DNA from: Fonticula alba ATCC 38817
Taxonomy: Eukaryota; Protista; Nucleariida
DNA: 64,000 nucleotides
Reading direction: 5' to 3' (one strand)
Assembly: GCA_000388065.2 (NCBI GenBank)
Contig: KB932202.1
Each line of letters starts with the position of its first letter. Within the stretch, counting starts at the first letter, position 1. Positions 38,645 to 50,365 of the stretch are shown here, piece by piece. The translations under genes and the position numbers were made by a program. Below the pieces are notes generated by a model. It did no database searches. It was not told the DNA's origin and was given only the letters and a program-made list of their open reading frames with translations.

Positions 38645-41157
38645 GAAGGGTGGCCTTTGTATGTACCTTGCGGATGATGTATGACGGCTCGAGATAGCCC
38701 ACCGTACGCAGGTACTTTTCCATGGCGTCGTCAAAGTCCTGCTTGCTGCGAAAGACCAAGCGGAGTCAGCATCGGCCAGGCGGTTGGGCGTGAGTTGGGT
38801 CAGCTACTGGGAGGGGGAAACTAAAAAGAGACAAAGTGAGGAGAGAGGAGTGGGAGTAGATGGTCACCAACCTATACAGATGGTCACCATAGCGCCGATA
38901 GATGTCAGCCACAAGATCCTTGTCATAGGAAGCACCCGCGCCACCAGCCTGCGAAGGGGCCGAGCCACCGGGTCCACCAACGCTGGTGCTTCCAGCCGAC
39001 GGGGTGCTGCTGGTTTGCGCCAGGTTGATGGCAAGGGTGAAAAGGTTCTTCCGATACAGGTACTCCAGGCGCGAGGCCAGATCCAGCTCGTCAAACCGGT
39101 GGATCTTGTTGTTACCCGTGATGACAAAGAGCGAGCCCCACTCATGTGCCATGAAGGCGACGCTATCCAAGGTGATAGTCAGGGCTGGATCATGGCGTCA
39201 TCATGAAGGAGGGGGTCAGTGGTTTGAGGAGTGAACGATCGCCTCTCGGGGGAAGGCGGTGCATGTATGCAGCTGTCGGTCTGAAAGAGAGGAGCATACC
39301 GGAGAACTTGTTGTTCAAGTCGTAGATGCTCAGCTTATGCTTGTGCTTCGAGCTGTGGTCATCGGTGCCATGCTCACCAAGGCTGGTGGTGGGCCGCGGC
39401 GTGTCGCGCGTCACCAGCACCAGATACTGCTTGAACCAGCCGACCAGCTGCTTGGGGTCCTCGAAGCCAAGAGTGGCACCGCGCCCATGTGCCGTATAGA
39501 AGTATACAGCCTGGATTTTTTTTTTTGGAATTTGCATTGCCGAGTGGGGGAGTCATCCCGTGAGAAGGACGAATGGAGAGGGAGGAGGGAAAAAAAAAGA
39601 CCCAGAGCATGGAGCAATGTAAAGGCGACGCAAGGCACACACCTCCGGGCGAGCGATGACAATCTGGCGGTTTAGGTCCGGCTGACCGCCCTCCTGCGAG
39701 GACGTGAGCGCCACACAGCCATATTCACTTCCAATTTCACAACCGGCCTCATCCATCGAAGACTACATGGTCGGGTTCGTCGAAAGGCATATGTCCATGT
39801 CAGTGCCGAGGAAATGCACAGCAAGTGGGAGGAGGGAGGGAGGGGGGGGGGGGGGGGGGAGGGGGGATTTCCCCTTCGCACGCACAGCAACCCGCGGCCC
39901 GGTCGGAAGGACGGAATAGATGTTGTTGGTCGTCACAATGCACAGCTCGAAGGTTAGCTTCGGCTGGCCGTTCGGCTGGCGGAACATCCGATCGCGGTAC
40001 TCCAGCCCTGTAACCGGAATAATGCGACGCTGCCCCGGGGTCGAGGCCATCTGCAGGGCCGCCGGACAGTAGAGCACCGCGAGGCGCGCCTGGAGGGGAC
40101 GTTCACGCAGCAAGTCGCCACCCTCCTTCTTCGGCGAGAAGTCCACCACCACGCCATTGGCCAGGCCAACTGAGATGTGATTCACATCATCCCGACAGGC
40201 AAGGCAAACAACCTGTCCAAACAGCAGGCAGGCGTGGCGGACGGGCAGCGAGAGCAAAGGGGAGAAGATGAAAGGGGGAGGGGGGGGGGGTAGGGGAAGA
40301 CCGCCATTTGTCTGTGTTAGAGATGGCGACGGCTCTTCGTCCAAAGGAGGACGGCAAAAGGATCCCCGGAGGGGGTGGACAACGCGGGCAGGCGACACGT
40401 ACCGGCATCGGGCGGTTTTCAAACAGGATGTTCGCCTGGCTGATCATGGTGATGGGCGCCGAGCTGTTGGTCGAGGACACAATCCGGCTCAGGTCCCAGA
40501 TCTTGAGCACGGGCTGGATGCCATCCGTGTCGTCCTATGGGCAGGGACATGTATGTTTGTGTTGTTGTGTCAGTCTGACGATACTGCCCCCCATGGTTCC
40601 CATCGAGGCCCGCCGCCCAAAGGGGGCATGTGGAGCCGTGAGGGGGCGATTTTCCCCTGCCGAAGGCAACGTACACCGACAGTCACCAGGATCGGCCGGA
40701 GGCGCGACCGGAAGATGTGCGTCACGCGGACATTGTACGCGGGGAAGGAGAAGACCGCGTTGTTGGTCTGGGCATCGAGCTCGGCCGAGTGCTCGGGCGA
40801 GCCCGAGCCGACAGCAGGGCCCTGCGGCTTTTCGAAGCCATTGTTCAGCAGATGCACATAGCCTTGGCTGTCGCCGAGGACCAGGTGGCCGTTGCCGGAC
40901 CCGACGCAGGTGACTTGCAAGCTCTAGGGGAGCAGAAAGAAAAAGGAAGTTTGTTGGTTAGATTAAAGCCTGGCCCGCAGGAGGGGAGGGAGGGGGTGGG
41001 GGGACAAGAGCCAATGGCCTCAGGACCATGTACACGCATATGCATGCATACGAAAGGCACGTACCTGGATATCGCGGAGGTTGCCAGACCGGATGATCGC
41101 CGCGATGTCGGTGGCGGGCGAGGTGTTGAAGAAGGTGTGCCGTCTCCAGTTCATCAT
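35540..41157 (-). CDS. VPS11: VPS11/PEP5 (HOPS/CORVET core subunit: beta-propeller, alpha-solenoid, RING)
   Basis: Start MMNWRRHTFF; PVLKIWDL; GDLLRER; AVYFYTAHGRG..GWFKQYL; YRKNLFTLAINLA; YGDHLY; LEPSYIIRKFLDAQ; RING CGACTLPLELPAAHFYCGHAFHLRC..CLLC; end DGFSVIADYFSR. Confidence 0.95.
36703..36752. repeat. (CCCCCGCT)n minisatellite in a VPS11 intron (G-rich on the sense strand)
   Basis: About four to five tandem units just inside the 5' splice site gtgcgt. Confidence 0.85.
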
Positions 41158-41685
41158 CTTGGCGGAAGTGGGGCCCGGCCGGCGGCGGCGCGTGAGAGCG
41201 ACAGGAGCGTTGCCCTTGGAGTGTGTTGAGGGGTGTGCACGTCAGGAACAGCAGCCGGGGGAGCCGCGCACGACAGGAGGGCACAAAGCAGAGAGGAAGG
41301 GGGGGGGGGGGGNNNNNNNNNNNNNNNNNNNNNNNNNNNNNNNNNNNNNNNNNNNNNNNNNNNNNNNNNNNNNNNNNNNNNNNNNNNTTGCCGGAAGAAC
41401 CAACAATCGGCCCGGCCGGCTCTGCTCCTGGGCAAACGCATCAGCCATGGAGGGCGGCATACTTCCCAACCAACGCACTGCGCACAAAGGCTTCGGCGGA
41501 TGAAGGAAATAATAACAAACAGATGCCAACCCAAAGGCAGCTTCCAGGACTGGGGCGCTCCACTGGCAGTTAGTCCTCGGTATTCTGTCGTGCCCCTTTC
41601 AGCCTCCCCTCCTGTCGCTCTACTACCCGCCCCGCCCCCGCCCTTGGGGTGGGAGGAGAGGTCGGCGTGGAGAACAGACACTCAG

Positions 41686-41693
41686 TGACGTCA
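41686..41693. promoter_or_regulatory. Perfect CRE/ATF palindrome TGACGTCA in the VPS11/PRCC divergent intergenic region
   Basis: Sequence match only; it lies between two head-to-head start codons (41157 and 42027). Confidence 0.35.
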
Positions 41694-42026
41694 GGCCATC
41701 TTCGCTCGCCGGGTGGCTCTGAAAAGATCGCGCAGCACTGATGCCCCTCCGCCAGTGGGGCTCCAGACATCGCTCCTCCTCCCTCGCCTCTCCGTGTTTC
41801 ACTTTCCCACCTAGGTGTTTCCACCGTTCCATTGCCCTTCCCGCTGCTCCCTTCTCCCTCCTCAAGCATTTTCTTTTGTCCTCCCCTCGTCCCGTGTTGT
41901 GTGTGTGTGTGTACCCGCTACTTACAGCATCTCTCCGCGCCGTCAACGCCATTGATCGGTCGTCCGCCGCATCTCCTCCTCTCTGCCTCTCTCACTTCTT
42001 CGCCTCTCGCGCCCCCTTACAGAGAC

Positions 42027-43449
42027 ATGTCAGCCGTTCCTCTGTCGCTGGTGTGCTACTCCTCGAGTGATTCTGACTCGGACTCGGACTCGGATGTCCC
42101 ACTTCCCAAGCGCCCCGCACAGCCTTCGGATGTCGCGGCGCCCCCCGGAAAGCGGTCGCGTCTTGCGCTGAGCCTGCCACCTCCGGCAGCTACAAAGTCC
42201 TCCAAGACACCAGAGGAGGCGGAGGAGGAGGAGGAGGAGATCGATGATCAGGAGGCTGCTCGCCGGCGTCGGCTCCAGGCCTCTCTGTCCCGGATGAAGG
42301 GGGAGTCCGAGATGGAGGATGGGCTGGGCCTTGGAGATCCCGGGAGCGCCAGCACCGGCGGGGTCTCGCAGTTGTTTTCCATGTTGCCAAAGCCAAAGGC
42401 CGAGGCTGCGCGCCCGGTGCCCGCGGCCCTGCGTCTGGCTCGAGGCCATGCCGCTGCGCGATCTGCCCCCCCGGCCACTGCCTCGGCTCCGATTGCTCGC
42501 GAGTCTGTTGCTCCGATTGCCGCTGTTTCCGATGAGGAGAGCGATCAACTGCCTGACTCGCCTGCCGGAGAGGAGTTCTCCTTTTTCTCGTTGGATGAGC
42601 CGGTGTCCGGTACCAAGCGCCGGGTACCCGGCCCCGAGCCCTCGATCACGTCAAGCGTTATGGACAGTCCGCCGGCTGTCGATCAGGCGTCTTCACTTCC
42701 TCCGGAGGAGGTGGAGGAAGTGCCGGAGACCGAAGACCCGGCTGAATCGGAGGACCTGGTTCCGCCCTCTTTTTTGGATGGCTGCGGGACAAATCCCCAT
42801 GCGCTGGCCTTTGCCGCTGGGCAACTAGCCCAGGCAGAGGCGGAGCTGGGAGTCGATCCGACCACCGGGCAGCCTGTGGTTTTGTCCGACGCGCAGCGGG
42901 CCTACTCCATGGCGGTGTATTACAATTATTACATTGACCAAGCAATGAGCGCTGTCGCGACGGCAGCCACCAGCCTTGATGTGCCTGCTGGCGCCCCTCC
43001 AGGGATGGGTTCTCGAGCTGACACTTCGGCCAATGCTACTGCCTCGGCCACACCGATCATTTCCATCCGGGCCGCCGAGCAAATTGACATTCGCGCCTAT
43101 CAGGTGCCCGATGAGAAGAATGGCCCCGACGTATGTTCCCTCTTTTGTTGTCTCCTCTCCCTCTCCCTCCCTCTCCCTCTCTCTCTCTCTCTCTACCCCT
43201 CTCCCTCTCCCTCTCTCTCTCTCTCTCTCCGTTCTTTCGGCCTTTGCCCTCCGCTCACGCCTATCCCTCTTCTCGCCTGATCGATTCGGCCACCAGTTCG
43301 TCTTCAAGCAGTCCAGTGCATACATCTCGCAGGCGGCCCGGCGTAAGAACCAGCTCTCGCAGGTGGAGCAGTTTTCCTTCTCCAACCAGCGTGATATCAA
43401 TGAGCGTATTCAACGTGCGCGTGGAAATAACTTTTCTGGACCACGCTAG
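42027..43449 (+). CDS. PRCC: PRCC-like spliceosome-associated proline-rich protein
   Basis: Exons 42027-43130 and 43297-43449 join in frame. N-terminus LSLVCYSSSDSD (cf. MSLVAYASSDES), LFSMLPKPK, C-terminal RRKNQLSQ (cf. RRKHQITY). Confidence 0.7.
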
Positions 43450-43667
43450 TGCCACAGACGGCAGGATGCTTCCCCTCCTCCCTCCATGTCACACTACACA
43501 ATAGACAGACCCAATCTCTCCCGGCGCATCTCCCCTGAGCAGGCACTTTCTCCAGTATTTACATCGACAATACAGGAGGGGGAAGGGGGGGGGGGGGGGA
43601 GAGACACAGAGAGGGGGGAAAGGCTCACCGAGAGGTCGCTGACCCGGCAACTGGCATGCTGCTCGAC

Positions 43668-44808
43668 TTAAGAGCGGTCCTTGGCCCCACGGAGGGCAGT
43701 GACTCGATGGATCTGCGCCGCGAAGGCATCCGGCTGACCATCCTGCTCGGACTCGGGGAAGTCCATACCGTGCGAGGCACGCACAAAGACATTGGTCTCG
43801 CGCTCCTCGGACGCGCTGATGGGCACGGTGGTCATTCCGGCGGCGATACGCCGAGCGGCGGCCTCCTCGGCCTGGGTGATGCCATGGTGGGCCTCGGATG
43901 TGATGGCCAGAATCCAGGGCTCCTTGGCCTCGCCAGCCGGCGGGGGGGTGTATGGCCCATGCTCGGCCTCCAACTTCTCACGCACTGGCAGCGACCGCGA
44001 GAAGCGATAGTTGCTCAGGGTGTACTCATGGCCGGGGAAGATCCACCGGCGCTCCTCGGCGATCGGGCACTCATTGGGCGGGAAGAGACGGCGCATGGCG
44101 GCATGCAACTGATCGCCAGTCCCCTCGAACATGCGCCCACATCCGCCGATGAAAAGCGAGTCGCCGGTAAAGAGAAGCTCATGTCCAGCCGGCACCGCGG
44201 AGCCAGTGCCAAGCTTCCGACCATCGAACTCTGTGGCCGTGTCCGGCGCATCGCCATCCGACAGCAGAGTAAAGGCAAAGGTCATGGCGCCCAGCGTGTG
44301 ATAGGGAGTAAAGATGCCGCGCGCACGGACTCCGACCGGCGCAAAGTCCACCACCTCCCCATGACCCAGGGTTCGCGTCAGATGGGGGATGCGCAGGTCA
44401 TTCCCGAGAACCGGTGGGCGCCGGGACTCCTCGAAGGAATCCAAAAAGTCCCGGACACCAGCGCAGTGGTCACTTGCGGTGGCGACAAACAGGAGAGGGA
44501 GAGAGGGAGACCAGAGGGGGAGGGAGGGGAAAGAGAAAGTACATGTTAGCGAAGTCCAGGTGCCGAGAGGGGATGCACATTTCCACGTCCGATGCCGGCC
44601 ATCACGCGTGCTGGTCGTACCCATGGTGGTGGGTGATCATCACACCCTCGACGGCGTAGTCCTTCCCGGCAAAGGCAGTCTCCAGGGCGGAGAGGGCGGC
44701 ACGCGAGTCGCCAACATCCACCACAACAGCTGTCCGCCGAAGGGTGTTGATCAGGGCGTAGGCATAGTTATCTGCCCGGTAGGGGATAGTCACCACACGA
44801 ATGGACAT
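43668..44808 (-). CDS. HAGH: Hydroxyacylglutathione hydrolase (glyoxalase II, metallo-beta-lactamase fold)
   Basis: Exons 44808-44621 and 44472-43668 (993 nt, in frame). The metal motif THHHGDH is split by the intron; also DNYAY, TPYHT, LFTGDSLFIGGCGRMFEG, GHEYT, EERETNVFVR. Confidence 0.92.
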
Positions 44809-45458
44809 GGTTCAGGATGAGGGGCGATCGGCAGGGGCAGAGAGGGAAGAAAGAGGTTGAGCAAGGGAAAACAGGAGGTCCAGAAAGAAAGCGGCTGCTG
44901 CCGTCGGTTAGTCTGTTGGTCGGGTTGTGGCGGCTTTTCGAGAAAGCACCCCGCTGGTCATCTTCCTTTCTCCACTTTATCGCCCTCCGGGCCATGTCAA
45001 CCCGTCCCCCCCCTCCCCCAGCTGGCCCCCTCTTGCCGCCCGTGTTTGGCTCCGCCTATTTTTTTTCCCGGGCTCTCGCGCGGGCACCGCGAAAGGAACA
45101 CACGTCCATTTTTGCTAGCCCGGTATGCCGACAGGATCGACAGAGACATGGTGCCAACGCACAGTCCTCAATCTCCGCCCCGGCCGCTGGCTAAACTGCC
45201 CCGTTAGGGTGTATTTGTCATGCTGCCGCGTGCCCCTCAGGACCCGGGTCTCGTCGTGAGGGGGAGAGGAAAAAAGTAACAAAGGCTCAAATGACCAGCC
45301 CTACGCCCTCGTTGTCGAGAGCAAGGGAGGACGGAGAGGAGGAGGAGGAAGGGGGGGGGGGGGGGCAGGGCACCACAGGTGTGGACGGGGCAAAAAGAAG
45401 AAGAAAAAAACGAGAGGGAGGGAGGACAGTCAGAGGAGGACACCCTGGTCCCCTTTGC

Positions 45459-47612
45459 CTACCGTCCAGCAGTGCGGGGCTTCTCGTCGTCACGGAAGCG
45501 CCAAAGCTTCAGGATGCGATCGTGCCCGGCAGTGGCAATGATCTCGGCATTGGCTGACACATCAACCCCGGCCACCGGGCCCTCATGATCTCCGAGATTG
45601 ATGCCAAGCCCGGCCAGACCGCCAGAATCGGCCAGCGAGCTCGACGGCGGTGCCCGGAGGGCCATCCAATCCGGCGCTCCCCACAGGGCCAGGCAGCCAT
45701 CCAGTCCGACCGAAGCAATGAATGAATGGCGAACAGGCTCCCAGGCAATGCGAGCCACAGGACGCGGATGTGCCGCCACCGTGGCCGACTTCAGTGAGGG
45801 GCTCGCATGGTCCAAGCGCCGGAGATGCGACATCCCCGGAGTCCCGGGCCGGGGGAGCTGCACCCGACTGATCGGATCCTCCGGGCGGCGGAGATCCCAC
45901 ACGCGGATCGTGTGATCTAGACTGGCGGTGGCCAACTGCACACCATTCAAACTGAACCGGCCAGAAGTGAGGCGCTGAAAGCGTTGTATGTGTGTGTGTG
46001 TGTGTGTGTACATACACATATGAGGGTGAATGTGTATGTATGCATGTGGGGCCGGCATGACAGTGAGCAGGGAGGGTCAGGAGTCTCGAACACAAAGGCC
46101 CAGCAATTCCTGCCGGTCGGCGACGACACGTACATCGGAATGGCCTCCCAGATTCATGATCGCCGAACGGGTGGCCCGGACATCCCATAGCCGGGCCCAG
46201 GCATCGAAGCCCGAAGAACAAAGCAACGCCCCATCCGGATGCCAGGAGACATCATGCACTTCCAGAGCATGGCCCTCCTGCAGGAGGAGTTCCTTCCCGG
46301 TGGCCGTGATCGATGCTCCAGTCACGGCCCCGGCGTCGCCACCGGCCGATGTGGCATAGTTCACATCCCACAGGCGCCAAGAGGTATCATGAGAGGCGGT
46401 GGCCAGCAGGTGGGATCCACCGACACCGCCCGGACTCGGATGCCAGGAAGCCCGAGTCACTCGGCGCGTGTGGCCAGCAAGGGTGCCCGCTTCGACGGCA
46501 CTGTCTTGGCGGAAAGCCGGAGTCCCATCGGAGCAGGGGTTAGCGACAGGGCGATGGGAGACATCGGTGGCTGATGGGGCTGCTTTGACAGGCATGCGGC
46601 CGATGTATGCGCACCTGCCAGCCGACCACAGTCGAACAGTCCCATCGTCAGAGGCCGAGGCCAGACACACGGTGTCAGACGTATAGTGCTCCCCCTGGGC
46701 CAGTGGCCGCCAGGCAAGGTCATTAACGCGCTCACCCGGATGCCCTCGCCAGATGGTCATGCCCTCGACCGGGGCATCGTCCGTATCCATGGCATCTTCC
46801 GACAGGATCTGTCGGGTGGAAACCGGCGCACAATCGCTCGTGCCCATGACAGCGATGTGCCCGCCAAAGCCGGTGGCCGCGATCACTCGCGAGCAGGGGC
46901 TAAAGGCACAGGCGCTCAGGGGCCGAGGAGCCGCGGCCGATGATGCGGCCACATAGATGGTCTTGGTGTTGAAGGGCATCACATCAAGGGGGGAGGGGGG
47001 GGGGGCACCAGGGTGAACGTAGTCAGGAAGGTGAGCTGGGCCGACGAACAAGGGGAGAAACCAAAGCGCTCGAGACAAGGGAGGACGCACGCTCACGCGC
47101 TGTTGTGCGCGCCAGCGCGAGGCCGACGCCCGGACACTGTCGCCCGGGCGCTTGGCGGCCTTTTCCTGAGCCAGACGCTCGCGAGCACGGGCCATGGTCA
47201 CCGAAACCAGGGCCGTGCGAACCTCCTTCAACCGATCGGACCCTTCGGTGAAGAATTCCTTGGTGATGGTGACCACATCCTCCAAGCTATCCTGATCGCC
47301 GGAGCGCGCGGCCACCGCCGCCAGGACCTCATTAATCCGAGGGTCCGGCTGGCCCGAGAGGAACTCTCGCAGGCGCATGCGCCGGTCATAGGCATCCTCG
47401 CCGAAGAGGCAGATCGGCTCCCCAGCAAAGCGCAGAGCCCGGCGCACGCGGGCATCCTCCGTCGGAAGGCGCAGGGTGCGGCCGCGCGCCCGCCGGGCGA
47501 TGTCCCGCGCCTCCGGCGTGGCATTCGGGTCCAACGCAGCCGCAAACTCCGGCGAAACCAGTGACTGGCTGTGGGGGTGGCCCGGAGTGGTAGCGAGGAC
47601 CGAGGAAAACAT
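45459..47612 (-). CDS. PRPF4: U4/U6 snRNP protein Prp4 (SFM/PRP4 motif + WD40 repeats)
   Basis: PTEDARVRRALRFAGEPICLFGEDAYDRRMRL, FFTEGSDRLKEVR, RPLSACAFSP, ASASDDGTVRLW, LATASHDTSWRLWD, LLLQEGH, DAWARLWDVR, TAGHDRILKLW. Confidence 0.93.
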
Positions 47613-48343
47613 CCTTGCGGGTGCGAGGAGAGGCAAGTGGACGGGTGGGTGTGGCTGTATGTGTATGTGCGGCTGCGCGCGCGTGCAATTGGTAGGGGCA
47701 AGAGCGAGGCAGGGAACGGGAGGCGGATAGGTTGGAATGGAGGGGGGGGGGGTCTAGGCGCTTTTTTAGTCTGAGGCTGGAGAAACTAAAACGGCGGAGG
47801 CGCGACTTTTCTGTCACAAGGCCCTTTGAGGGGGGGGGGGGGGTCCAGAGGCACTGGCGTTTCCTGAGGGAAAGAGAGACAGAGAGGGGCCTTGTGGTCT
47901 CGGGGTTCGGTTGGCAGCATAGGATGGCAGTTTCAAGAGATGGCCACATGATAAATGACGCACGTGCCCCGACGCTTTGCAAAAGGGAAGTGCCGCCAGA
48001 GGTGAATCCACTCTTCGGCCGGTGCCAGAGGAGGGGGGGAGGGGGAGGGAGTGGTGGTCGTGGGAGGCAGGGATGAAAAATCCGTGGGGCCCGGACAAAA
48101 CAGAGATGCAAGAGTGGACGCCGTGCACGGCGCGCGTGTGAGCGTGCGTGCTCTTTTTGAGAAATGTGTGTGTATTTTCATGGAAGTATATGTATCCATA
48201 TGGCCGGGCAATGGGCCGAAGGGGAGAGTGGGGGCGTCCAGGGGGTGTAGTACGAGGCCATCGCTCTCCCCCTGCCCCACTATCGACTCCGGCAGGGGGG
48301 GGGTGGGGGGGGGGGGGGGCTCGGGCCTGTGCTGCTCTTCTTG

Positions 48344-50318
48344 CTACTCGGGGGGCAGGACCAAGGCGACGAGGTCATCCAGCGCATCTCGGCCATCCTC
48401 CTCGGTGCCCATGTAGTTGAACTGGGCAAATGGATCCTCATCCAGATGGGCGGCGGGCGCCGGAGCCGGAGCAATGGCCGGAGGCGGGATGGTGCCGGCC
48501 ACTGGGAGGGAATTCGAAAAGTCGATGCTGAAGACATTGTTGGGCGACGACAGGTCAATCGTGTCACCAGGCGAAAGGGACCCGGTGGCACCGCCCTGGG
48601 GTTGCTGCTGTTGCACCGGACCGCCCAATGCCGAGGTCGGCTGAATATCAAACTGGGGGAAGCTCTGCATCATAACCATCGAGGTGTCTTCCAGATCAAG
48701 CAGGTTTCCGACCGAGGCACCCTGAGAGCTCGGGGACTTGGTGTGGCTGCCCGCACTGGTCGACGTGCCAGAGCCAGATCCGGCCGACGATGAGGACTTC
48801 GCCGAGTTGATGTCACCCTGAGAGCCGAAGAAGGAGAGGGCGAGATAGGGAGGGCGAGAAAGAGAGGGCGCCCCGTCAGAGCGTCCGAGAGAAGTACGGA
48901 TTGTTAGCCGAGAGGCGAGCCAGGGACATGGAGGCAACAGCCGGAGGAATGAGCCCCCCCCCCCCCCCCCCCCCCCCCCGACTCCCTCCCCCTTCGCATT
49001 CCCGAGGNNNNNNNNNNNNNNNNNNNNNNNNNNNNNNNNNNNNNNNNNNNNNNNNNNNNNNNNNNNNNNNNNNNNNNNNNNNNNNNNNNNNNNNNNNNNN
49101 NNNNNNNNNNNNNNNNNNNCCCCCCCCCCCCCCCCCCCCCCGCCCCCCGACTCCCTCCCCCTTCGCATTCCCGAGGGAAGGAGAAGGAGGAGAAGGCTGG
49201 CATGTGACGCACCGAAGTCGAAGCCGGCCGACGGCCGAAGGAGAAGACGCGCGAGGTGATCGAAGCCACCCCACGACCGGTCGAGGCCAGCACGGACGAA
49301 GCACCCGCTGCGCTGGACGACAGGAGAGACCGGCCAGTCCCCTGGCCACCGGCAGCGGAGGCGGAATTCGGGCCCGGCACCGCGGCTGCGGTGGCCTGCG
49401 GCTGCCGGCCAGTCCGGTCCCCGCTGGCTGGCAGCGACAGGGACGATGAAGAGGGCGAGCTGGCCGACGAGGAGGGAGCCGACGAACCGGCCGACGAGGA
49501 CCCGGAAGAAGAGGAGCCAGAAATGGAGGCTTGACGGCGTTGACGCGGGGTCGGATCCTTCAGACCATCCAGCTGGAAAATGCGCGTTGGCAGGAGGTCC
49601 GTGAAGAATTCCTCCAGGAAGGGCACTTGGGTGACCGCCGCGAAGAAGATCTTGCGATCCAAGCGTGGCGCGACGCCAGCAGCCCCGGACTCTAGGTGCC
49701 GCTCGATGTCATGCTGATGCGCATCCTCCGGCAGGGTGTTGGACTCGTTGGACAGGGCGATCAGCTTGCGTACGGCATCGGAGAACCGACTCCCGGAAAC
49801 ATTGGCCTCGTCACCGAAAGTCCGACACAAGAAGAAGAAAGACTCGGCGATGTCACTGACATCCGTCAGCAGCAGGTACGGCTGGGCGGACTCGATCGAG
49901 CAGCCGAGCTCCGCCGCACGTGGATCCTCCGGATATGGCAGGAACATGTCGAAGAAGGCATACACTCGAGACTGGACATCGCCGGTGATCAGTGGGGCCA
50001 GGCCAGACGCGATGTCCAGGATGCCAAGCGACTCGCGCACAGCCATCGGCCCAATGCCGGGGATGGAGGCCTGCCCGCCGGCCGAGGCCTCCAACATGTA
50101 GGAGGTTGCCGACTTGGGCCGGGACTTATTCAGAACCTTGCGACCCATGTACTCGCAGTAGCGGAAAAGCCGAGTGATGAAGTGCGAGCCGGCCTCACGC
50201 TGGGCGCTGATATGGAAAGCGTGCTCATCAGTCAGGTGGGCCGGTGCCTTGGAGTCAAGGCGAGCCCAGCTGCAATCATGTCCAGGGCGCAAGAAAGCGG
50301 AGAACGGAGAGCGCGCGC

Positions 50319-50365
<47 letters not shown>

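Noticed and set aside
48978-49176. 30-bp direct repeat (CCGACTCCCTCCCCCTTCGCATTCCCGAGG) on both sides of the N gap
   Set aside because: Both copies follow a poly-C run and abut the gap inside one intron; most likely an unmerged contig overlap, not a real duplication or target-site duplication.
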